14,912 nt of DNA from Thainema sp. (GTDB lineage: Bacteria > Cyanobacteriota > Cyanobacteriia > Phormidesmidales > Phormidesmidaceae), in the NCBI GenBank assembly GCA_052168235.1, contig JBQLZK010000108.1:1-14912 (forward strand). Direction: 5' to 3'. The notes under the pieces were generated by a model, which was not told the DNA's origin, made no database searches, and was given only the letters and a program-made list of their open reading frames with translations. The position numbers and the translations under genes were made by a program. Shown in pieces: positions 7,562 through 14,912 of this stretch (position 1 is its first letter; every line of letters begins with the position of its first letter).

Positions 7562-8686
7562 ATGAGGAAGCCTATTCTTTTTTCTTTTTTCTCAGGCAGT
7601 GGATTTCTGGACTTGGGATTTGAGCACAGTGGTTTTGACATTAAATTTGTGAATGAGTATCACTTGCCTTTTCTTGAAGCTTATAAATATTCTAGATCTC
7701 AGATGGGGATTCTTCCTCCTGAATACGGATATAGTTCAGCTAGTATAGAAGCTTTTTTGGGTGGAGACAATCAGGTATATCTTCAAAAATTAGTAAAAGA
7801 TGCTAAATCATCTTCAAGTCTTGTTGGATTTGTTGGCGGTCCTCCCTGTCCTGATTTTTCAGTAGGCGGAAAAAATAAAGGACGAAATGGTGAGAATGGC
7901 AAGCTCACGAAAACATATATTGATATCATCCTTGATAACGAACCTGACTTTTTTATTTTTGAGAACGTTAAAGGTTTGTGGAGGACAAGGAATCACAGAG
8001 AATTCTATGAAGAATTGAAGCGAAAACTATCTGAAAATAATTATTGTTTCACTGATAGATTAACTAATTGTATTGAATTTGGAGTACCTCAAGATAGAGA
8101 TAGAATCATAATGTTTGGCATTAGAAAAGTGCTGTTGCCAAACACCGTTAGACAAGAACCTTTTGATACCGTTTTTGGCTGGGAAAAATACATAAAATAC
8201 AGTAGAGATAAGGTTTTAAATAAGTTCTTATGGCCTTCTATAGATCCCTACGAGGAAGGGAGCTATAAGCCAATACCAGAGAACTTAAATGGCTTCCACA
8301 AACTTACTGTTCAATATTGGTTTGATAAAAATAATGTTGAACAACATCCTAATGCGAGTAATTGCTTTAAGCCAAGGGCTGGCTTGGTAAAGTTTCAAAC
8401 AATTGCCGAAGGCGACGACAGCAAAAAATCTTATAAACGTTTACACAGGTGGCGATACTCACCTACTGCGGCTTATGGAAATAATGAAGTTCATTTACAT
8501 CCATACAAAAGCAGAAGACTATCCGCAGCAGAAGCATTAGCTATTCAGTCTTTACCACCAGAATTTAGCCTACCTGAAAATATGTCTTTATCTAATATGT
8601 TCAAGACGATTGGTAATGGTGTACCATATTTAGCCGCTTTAGGTATTGCGAAAACAGTTCACGATTTTTTGAGACGTATTGAATAG
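7562..8686 (+). CDS. DNA (cytosine-5)-methyltransferase of a Type II R-M system (M.Cfr10I-like, probable RCCGGY)
   Basis: Motif I FSGSG, IV GGPPCPDFS, VI ENV, VIII QDRDR, X IGNGV; target-recognition region 'GDDSKKSYKRLHRWRYSPTAAYGNNEVHLHPY'. Confidence 0.95.
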   Translation: MRKPILFSFFSGSGFLDLGFEHSGFDIKFVNEYHLPFLEAYKYSRSQMGILPPEYGYSSASIEAFLGGDNQVYLQKLVKDAKSSSSLVGFVGGPPCPDFSVGGKNKGRNGENGKLTKTYIDIILDNEPDFFIFENVKGLWRTRNHREFYEELKRKLSENNYCFTDRLTNCIEFGVPQDRDRIIMFGIRKVLLPNTVRQEPFDTVFGWEKYIKYSRDKVLNKFLWPSIDPYEEGSYKPIPENLNGFHKLTVQYWFDKNNVEQHPNASNCFKPRAGLVKFQTIAEGDDSKKSYKRLHRWRYSPTAAYGNNEVHLHPYKSRRLSAAEALAIQSLPPEFSLPENMSLSNMFKTIGNGVPYLAALGIAKTVHDFLRRIE

Positions 8687-8689
8687 TTC

Positions 8690-9529
8690 TCAATCTTCAA
8701 GTATTTCGCTAAAAGCAGTGTGGGCTTGCTCGACTGTATTGATTTCAAAGACTTCATCCACCGCGGCTTGTGGCAGACTTTGAACATTAGTTATGGAGTG
8801 AGTAGCAACTGTCTTTAAGGCATCTCTATCTGCATTCCCTACTTCTGAAGCAGCGGCATAATATTTCAAGCCTCTCGGGTTGATAACCCATTCTCTAGTC
8901 TGCAAATGTATATAAGTAGCCTTCATAAGGCTACCTTCATGAGGAATTTGTAAGCGCCTATCTGGTCTAAAGCTTGCTTTGACAGAGAGATAAGCAACTA
9001 TGTTATTCAATAAACACTTTCCCATAAAATATTTGTACGTTTCTTGCAGTTTGTTTATTGTGCTCTCTGTAAATTCAGTGATAGGAATATTAAATAAATC
9101 ATCGAGTTCTATACCATCGGGGTTGATTACAACAAAATCAGGGTTTGAAGTTATTAGCTGAACACCTGCCGTATCTAATACTTTTCTTCTTAAACCATTT
9201 ATATGCTCGTACAGCTCGGGGGTATATAAGCTGGCAACATCAAATCTTGATATATTAGGCAACAGCAAAGCAATTGAATTTTTATTGCTAGTTAGTCTAA
9301 AGTTCCATGCAATGCAAGCAATAATCCACTCGTACCAGTCCCCATGACAATTGCTGAGAGCACCTTGCTTCACATCCATACACTCAGCCTTTATAGCATT
9401 GTCCAGATCATCTAAAATCCCTCTAAATGTTTCATTAACGTTTGGAAGTTGACCATCTCTTACACTGCAAAAAGCTTCAACTCTTTTGATCTGGGGTTTA
9501 CCCTGACGATCATAATTTACTATTGCCAT
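8690..9529 (-). CDS. Cfr10I/Bse634I family Type II restriction endonuclease
   Basis: Catalytic layout PD-X52-K-X13-E (SNPDF...SVKASFRPDRRLQIPHEG), RPDRR CCGG-recognition motif and N-terminal 'NCHGDWYEW' helix. Convergent with the MTase, 3 bp apart. Confidence 0.9.
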   Translation of the reverse strand: MAIVNYDRQGKPQIKRVEAFCSVRDGQLPNVNETFRGILDDLDNAIKAECMDVKQGALSNCHGDWYEWIIACIAWNFRLTSNKNSIALLLPNISRFDVASLYTPELYEHINGLRRKVLDTAGVQLITSNPDFVVINPDGIELDDLFNIPITEFTESTINKLQETYKYFMGKCLLNNIVAYLSVKASFRPDRRLQIPHEGSLMKATYIHLQTREWVINPRGLKYYAAASEVGNADRDALKTVATHSITNVQSLPQAAVDEVFEINTVEQAHTAFSEILED

Positions 9530-9753
9530 ATGATTTTTTGGACTACCGTTTTTGGTACCTGATCATAACCCATGAGCCAATCAAATTAGCAGTTTTGAGG
9601 AATTAAGACGTATGGCTACGAATCTCGAATGCTAGTAAGCTACTGCTGGATAACATCCCACAGCCTTGAATTTTCCACTACCTACCGAAAAGACGAGACT
9701 CCAACGGAGGTATATGCGGCAAAATGTGAGTGGATGAAACCGTGAGATGCATC

Positions 9754-11685
9754 ATGACTCAGACTGCCCCCTATGGAACTTGGAAATCGCCGATTAGCGC
9801 TGATTTGATTGTGGCCAGCAGCATTCGCCTGGGCGAGATTCGGCTAGACAGCAATGATATTTACTGGAATGAACTGCGCCCTCAAGAAGGTGGTCGCTCA
9901 GTCGTAGTTCGTCGAACACCCGATGGTGCGATCGCAGATGTCACCCCCGCCCCCTTCAACGTGCGGACACGAGTACATGAATATGGCGGCGGTGCCTATA
10001 CCGTCCATGATGGCGTGGTTTACTTCTCCAACTTTGCCGATCAGCGGCTCTATCGCCAAGTTATTGGTCAAGACCCGCAGCCGATTACGCCGGAAGGAGC
10101 CTTTCGCTACGCTGATGCGGTTGTTGATAACCGTCATCAGCGCTTAATCTGTGTGCGGGAAGACCACAGTACCAGCGAGCGCGAAGCCGTCAATACTATC
10201 GTGGCAGTCGATCAAAATGGGGATGAAGCAGGCGGCACCGTGTTGGTTTCGGGCAGTGACTTTTATTCATCACCCCGGCTCAGTCCAGATGGCTCGCAGT
10301 TAGCCTGGCTGAGCTGGAATCATCCCAATATGCCCTGGGACGGTACAGAACTCTGGGTTGCGAGTGTGCAGCCGGATGGTTCGCTGGATATGAGCCGCAA
10401 AGTGGCGGGGGGTCTCGTCGAATCGGTTTTCCAGCCGGAATGGTCACCTAGCGGAGTACTGCATTTTATTAGCGATCGCAGTGGCTGGTGGAATCTTTAC
10501 CGCTGGCAAGCTGGGGAAATTACGTCGCTGTATCCCATCGATGCCGAGTTTGGTTCGCCGCAATGGGTGTTTGGCATGACGAACTACGGATTTGCATCAG
10601 CCAACAGCCTCCTCTGCCTTTATCTGCTCGATGGCGTCCAGCATTTTAGTCGTCTCGATCTGGCAACTGGTTCCATGTCCCAGTCACAGCTTCCCTATGA
10701 GCTGTTTGGTGGCATTCAGGTCAATGCAGATCAAGCAGCCTTCATTGGGGGTTCGCCCACACAGCCCAGTGCGCTGGTGATGCTCGACCACGCCACTAGC
10801 AAAACCGAAGAACTGCGCCGCTCCAATACAGTCGAGGTCGATCCGGGCTATTTGTCTGAACCCAAAGTGATTCAGTTTCCTACCAGTGATGATTTAAAGG
10901 CGTATGGCATTTACTATCCACCGACTAATCAAGACTATCAGGCACCCGACAGTGAACGCCCTCCCTTGCTGGTGAAAAGCCACGGCGGGCCGACCGCAGC
11001 CACATCTACCGCGTTTAACCTCAGCATTCAATACTGGACAAGTCGAGGGTTTGCAGTCCTGGATGTCAACTATGGTGGCAGTACAGGGTATGGACGCGCT
11101 TACCGAGAGCGACTGAAAGGCCAGTGGGGCGTGGTTGATATTGACGACTGCTGTAATGGAGCCAAATATCTGGTTGCCGAGGGATTGGCCGACGGGGATC
11201 GATTAGCGATTGATGGCGGTAGCGCAGGTGGTTACACGACGCTGGGCGCATTGACGTTTCGCGATGTGTTTAAGGCGGGTGCCAGCTACTACGGCGTTAG
11301 CGACATGGTGGCGCTGGCTGAGGAGACGCATAAGTTTGAGTCCCGCTACTTAGATGGCTTGGTCGGTGCTTATCCGGCAGCCAAGGAGATTTATCAACTG
11401 CGATCGCCCATTAATTTTGTCGATCAGCTCTCCTGCCCCGTGATCTTCTTCCAGGGTGACGAAGATAAGATTGTGCCGCCTAATCAGGCTGAGCTGATGG
11501 TGAATGCGCTGAAGCAAAAAGGGATTCCTGTGGCATACGTGCTGTTTGAAGGTGAGCAGCACGGTTTCCGCAAGGCCGAGAATATTAAACGGGCCTTGGA
11601 TGCAGAGTTTTACTTTTATGCCCGCGTATTCGGCTTCGAACCTGCAGACACAATTGAGCCCGTGAAAATTATGAACTTGGAATAG
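9754..11685 (+). CDS. S9 family peptidase (acylaminoacyl/dipeptidyl aminopeptidase-like)
   Basis: N-terminus '[10 protein letters not shown]', beta-propeller region, HGGP, nucleophile GGSAGG, Asp in QGDED, His in GEQHGF. ATG at 9754 is preferred over GTG at 9730. Confidence 0.93.
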   Translation: MTQTAPYGTWKSPISADLIVASSIRLGEIRLDSNDIYWNELRPQEGGRSVVVRRTPDGAIADVTPAPFNVRTRVHEYGGGAYTVHDGVVYFSNFADQRLYRQVIGQDPQPITPEGAFRYADAVVDNRHQRLICVREDHSTSEREAVNTIVAVDQNGDEAGGTVLVSGSDFYSSPRLSPDGSQLAWLSWNHPNMPWDGTELWVASVQPDGSLDMSRKVAGGLVESVFQPEWSPSGVLHFISDRSGWWNLYRWQAGEITSLYPIDAEFGSPQWVFGMTNYGFASANSLLCLYLLDGVQHFSRLDLATGSMSQSQLPYELFGGIQVNADQAAFIGGSPTQPSALVMLDHATSKTEELRRSNTVEVDPGYLSEPKVIQFPTSDDLKAYGIYYPPTNQDYQAPDSERPPLLVKSHGGPTAATSTAFNLSIQYWTSRGFAVLDVNYGGSTGYGRAYRERLKGQWGVVDIDDCCNGAKYLVAEGLADGDRLAIDGGSAGGYTTLGALTFRDVFKAGASYYGVSDMVALAEETHKFESRYLDGLVGAYPAAKEIYQLRSPINFVDQLSCPVIFFQGDEDKIVPPNQAELMVNALKQKGIPVAYVLFEGEQHGFRKAENIKRALDAEFYFYARVFGFEPADTIEPVKIMNLE

Positions 11686-11823
11686 CCATTTTTGGATTAA
11701 CTATTTATGGCGATGGTCATATCGGTTCAGACGTTGTCCCTGGTTCTAACTGAGCTGGCTACAGCTATAACTAAAAGACTGGCATCACCCACCCTAACCT
11801 TCAAAATCAGACCGTGAGACAGT

Positions 11824-11844
11824 GGTGGGCGGTGTCCACCCTAC
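11824..11844 (-). repeat. REP-like element (GTAG plus imperfect hairpin)
   Basis: Minus strand GTAG-GGTGGAC-ACC-GCCCACC between convergent genes; a degenerate copy lies at about 11781-11798. Confidence 0.55.
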
Positions 11845-11894
11845 AAATCTCTCATCATGTGCTTAGCGATGCCTAGCCTCTCTAGGCCTGATCA

Positions 11895-12341
11895 TTATTC
11901 CACTTGCCTCGATAGCGTGGCCTCCATAGCGCTGGTCAGATAGTGACCCGCCATGATGCCACTGGAGAGGTAATACTGATTCTCATCAATCCGATGCAGC
12001 GTTTCAAACCCCGTACGGCGCTGCTTGTCACCAAGTACCCAATATCGTTGAATAATCGATTCCGGAGCAATCCAGCCTTCACCTTCGACTCGACCGAGCA
12101 GGCTATGTTGTAGCACAAACGTATACTGACGCTCATCGTTGTCTAAGCGTCCCCGATACTGCTGAGAAATTGTCTCCATCTCAGCGTCCGGAAAGATCAG
12201 CTTCGTTACCATTGTGAACCAGTCATCACGGCTCCAGGCAATCAAAGTCCGCCCTTTGACAGTAACTGGCATGGCATCACGTTCCATCCAGTTACCCTCT
12301 AGCGTCCATCGACCTGGTTCCATCAAAAAACTATGAATCAC
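11895..12341 (-). CDS. Conserved hypothetical protein (cyanobacterial type)
   Basis: 148-aa ORF with GTG start, host-like composition and beta-rich appearance; function not recognisable. Confidence 0.75.
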   Translation of the reverse strand: MIHSFLMEPGRWTLEGNWMERDAMPVTVKGRTLIAWSRDDWFTMVTKLIFPDAEMETISQQYRGRLDNDERQYTFVLQHSLLGRVEGEGWIAPESIIQRYWVLGDKQRRTGFETLHRIDENQYYLSSGIMAGHYLTSAMEATLSRQVE

Positions 12342-12559
12342 TAACCCGCTACCATGTCTGTATAGTTACCCTGAATCGTTTCAATTTCGTATTGATTACC
12401 GTACTGATTGCTGTACTTATCGCTATAGATGATACTAGCTAAGCTAAATTTGCGATCGCATTCTTAACTCTGTAACGCTCAGCTCGCAACTACCAATGCC
12501 ACGTTCCTCCACCCGCCAGCATTCAGCTCATCATCACCCCTATCACTTTAGCTTGCCCA

Positions 12560-13786
12560 TTAGCTTGCCCATAAATCCGCCACCGATCGCTGATAGGGCG
12601 GCTGCACATTCGGCGGTTGATGGATGTCACCCAGCAACACCGCCTGCTGGGCACCTGTAACAGTCGGTAAATTGCCTGGAAACTGCGTATTTCGCCAAAA
12701 GCCCAACACCGCAAATGCGATCGCTTCTTTGAAGTCTGAGCTAATGCCCACGTCGTCCGTCGTCATCACCTGAGCACTGTTGAGATGATGCTGGAGACGG
12801 CTGATCAGATAGCGGTTGCGGCTGCCACCGCCGCAGAGTAGCACTTGATCCGGCAGTCGGGGCAGAAACTGGCGATAGCTGGCAGCAATTGAGGCCGCTG
12901 TCAACTCGGTCAGTGTCGCAATGCAGTCTGCCGGACTGAGCTGATACATCTGACAATCGGCCAAACAGCGATCTAGATAAGCGCGGCTAAACAGTTCACG
13001 TCCAGTAGACTTGGGTGGGATTTGTTGGAAGTAGGGCTGCTGCAACCATCGGTCAACCAGCTCAGTACAAGGGAGCCCAGAAGCACCCCACGCTCCATCT
13101 TGGTCAAACTGCTGAGCGCCATCAGAAAAATGCTGCACCGCCATGTCAATCAAGGCATTACCGGGGCCAGTGTCCCAACCCAGAATGTTTGGCACAGTTT
13201 GAGACCGAGTTTTATCCCAAGCGGGAATATAGGTCAAGTTACCAATGCCGCCCACGTTTTGAATGCAGCGATGCTGAGTGGGATGGCTGAACAGGGCGAC
13301 ATCAATCGGCGGCACCAGCGGCGCACCCTGACCACCAGCAGCCAGATCAGCCGCCCGGAAGTTGTTAATCGTCGTAATTCCAGTTTGATATGCGATCGCA
13401 GCCCCACTGCCCAGCTGCAGACTGTATCCCAGTTGCTGCAATTCGCCACGAGTGGACAACACAGGAGGCTGATGATAGACCGTCTGACCGTGGGAGGCAA
13501 TTAACGTCGCCGGAGCCTGATGGCGCTGTACCTGTTGGGCAGCATTGGCAAATGCAGTTGCGATCGCGCAATCCAGCGCAGCCAAATCTGGCATGGACAG
13601 AGACGCACCCTCGCAAACCGACAGAATCTGCTGCCTCAGTTCCGGTTCGTAGGCAACGGTTTTAGCCGCAATTAGCTCAACCTGTAGATTAAAACCTGTG
13701 CCTGAGATATCGACCAACGCGGCATCAATCCCGTCTACCGAGGTACCGCTGATGAGACCGACAATACGCTGCTTATGCTCCGCCAT
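12560..13786 (-). CDS. anmK: Anhydro-N-acetylmuramic acid kinase
   Basis: '[12 protein letters not shown]', 'SHGQT..H', '[15 protein letters not shown]', 'NVGGIGN', 'DTGPGN', '[10 protein letters not shown]', 'CGGG', 'KEAIAFA'. ATG at 13786 is the likely start. Confidence 0.96.
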   Translation of the reverse strand: MAEHKQRIVGLISGTSVDGIDAALVDISGTGFNLQVELIAAKTVAYEPELRQQILSVCEGASLSMPDLAALDCAIATAFANAAQQVQRHQAPATLIASHGQTVYHQPPVLSTRGELQQLGYSLQLGSGAAIAYQTGITTINNFRAADLAAGGQGAPLVPPIDVALFSHPTQHRCIQNVGGIGNLTYIPAWDKTRSQTVPNILGWDTGPGNALIDMAVQHFSDGAQQFDQDGAWGASGLPCTELVDRWLQQPYFQQIPPKSTGRELFSRAYLDRCLADCQMYQLSPADCIATLTELTAASIAASYRQFLPRLPDQVLLCGGGSRNRYLISRLQHHLNSAQVMTTDDVGISSDFKEAIAFAVLGFWRNTQFPGNLPTVTGAQQAVLLGDIHQPPNVQPPYQRSVADLWAS

Positions 13787-13888
13787 AAATTTCACTGGGT
13801 AATCGTGATCAGGTCATGATTGAACGTTTGAAACGTACCGAAACGTATCGAAATTGATGTACCGATGATTGCTACTGCACCTTCAACC

Positions 13889-14581
13889 CTACACAGGCAG
13901 ACGATCAATACCCTTATTAGAGCCGATAACCACCATAATTGCTCCCTTTTTTAACCGAGTTACTGGACTGGGATTAATCTCAAATCGGTCATCTTGATTA
14001 ATCGCCATCAGCGTCAAACCAAAGCGACGACGCAAATCCAAATCCACAATCGTTTTATCGTCAAACTCATCTGGTACAATCACTTCCACAATGGAGTGAT
14101 CCGGATCGAGTTCAAACCGATCCAGGAGTCCTGGTCGAGTTAGCGATCGCGCCAGCTCGCAACCCATTTCATGCTCTGGAAAAACCACCTGATCGGCACC
14201 AACCCGCTGCAACAGTTTGCCGTGAATATCAGAGGAGGCTTTGGCCACAACGTAAGGAACGCCTGCTTCCTTCACATTCAGCGTCGTGATGATGCTTTCC
14301 TGAACATAGTTTCCAATGGCAATAATCACCGTATCAAAATCTAAAATGCCCGCTTCTTTGAGGGCAGCCGGTTGGGTTGAATCTAACTGAACAGCATGGG
14401 AAACGTACTGCTCGGTCAAAATCTGGGCAACACGGCGCTCATCGGAGTCAATCCCCAGCACCTCATATCCGAGCTGATGCAGCGTCATACAGACTGCTCG
14501 GCCAAAACGACCTAAGCCAATCACGGCAAATTGCCGATTCCCACGCAGATTTTTGAAGAAACTCAAAGAAGCAAGATTCAC
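13889..14581 (-). CDS. KtrA/TrkA family potassium uptake regulatory subunit (RCK domains)
   Basis: Rossmann motif 'FAVIGLGRFG', 'VVAKA..DIHGKLL..VGAD.VVFPE..MG' and a TrkA_C domain. GTG at 14581 (NLASLSFF) is the likely start; the ORF extends to 14638. Confidence 0.92.
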   Translation of the reverse strand: MNLASLSFFKNLRGNRQFAVIGLGRFGRAVCMTLHQLGYEVLGIDSDERRVAQILTEQYVSHAVQLDSTQPAALKEAGILDFDTVIIAIGNYVQESIITTLNVKEAGVPYVVAKASSDIHGKLLQRVGADQVVFPEHEMGCELARSLTRPGLLDRFELDPDHSIVEVIVPDEFDDKTIVDLDLRRRFGLTLMAINQDDRFEINPSPVTRLKKGAIMVVIGSNKGIDRLPV

Positions 14582-14912
14582 AAGCCAATCCTTTAGGCTA
14601 TCCCAACTCAGCAGTTTAACGTAATCAGGTCTGTCCAATATAGTGTACGTCCAACTGCAACCCAGCCTCTACCATTCAGAGAGTTTTGTTATGCCAACCG
14701 CCAAGCTCCAGATCGGCGGCTCAACAGACGCAAGGGAAAGATGTGCGGAATGTGAATAGCAACGAAGACTGATGTACAAAGACTAACGCTCAGAGATCTA
14801 GGATGCAGCACCCTACAAAACAGGGCTGTACGAAACATCGATACGTATGAAACAAGTCTGGTTCCACCCAAGTTTGTGTTGAATTAAAATTGAGACAGAG
14901 AGTTCAGCAGGC

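Larger units (their letters stand above)
6990..9700. other. AT-rich horizontally acquired island carrying the R-M module (boundaries approximate)
   Basis: Visibly AT-rich relative to ileS and the peptidase. No HIP1 between 6884 and 9927. No integrase, transposase or clear att repeats seen. Confidence 0.6.
966..14150. repeat. HIP1 octamer GCGATCGC, dispersed (cyanobacterial hallmark)
   Basis: Manual count of 17: 966, 1262, 1409, 2185, 3405, 3856, 3883, 6470, 6876, 9928, 10472, 11400, 12452, 12717, 13392, 13560, 14143. Confidence 0.9.

Noticed and set aside
9530..9753. Second copy of the HTH operator upstream of the REase
   Set aside because: Only a -10-like TATGAT (9567-9562, minus) and an unrelated CGTA-N4-TACG (9609-9620) are present; nothing matches ATTACGTACT.
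11871..11887. GCCTAG-CCTCT-CTAGGC hairpin after the hypothetical gene
   Set aside because: A 6-bp stem with no U-tract is insufficient to call a terminator.
12523..13665. Alternative-frame and antisense ORFs over anmK (similar ones lie over dps, the GTPase, the thioesterase and the S9 peptidase)
   Set aside because: They overlap confident genes almost entirely and show no protein-family signal.
14689..14871. 60-aa minus-strand ORF upstream of ktrA/trkA
   Set aside because: No motif or RBS support; probably non-coding promoter region.

Overview
Cyanobacterial chromosomal window: I counted 17 copies of the HIP1 octamer GCGATCGC by eye. The housekeeping backbone is a DUF697/Era-like GTPase, dps, ileS, an acyl-CoA thioesterase, an S9 peptidase, a conserved hypothetical protein, anmK and a KtrA/TrkA subunit. 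It is interrupted at about 6.99-9.7 kb by an AT-rich, HIP1-free island carrying a three-gene Type II restriction-modification module. The module has a small XRE-type HTH gene divergent from a C5-cytosine methyltransferase, and a convergent Cfr10I/Bse634I-family endonuclease (probable target RCCGGY). A 21-bp palindrome in the HTH/MTase divergent promoter is the likely operator. RCCGGY is strongly depleted in the flanking host DNA. Left of the island is an apparently orphaned 92-aa gene preceded by a possible remnant of its lost upstream partner. An AT-rich SMI1/KNR4 (SUKH) gene sits at the left edge, and several intergenic hairpins and short tandem repeats are present. I found no CRISPR array, RNA gene or transposase. 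The R-M module belongs to known families; its regulatory layout and insertion context are the main points of interest.
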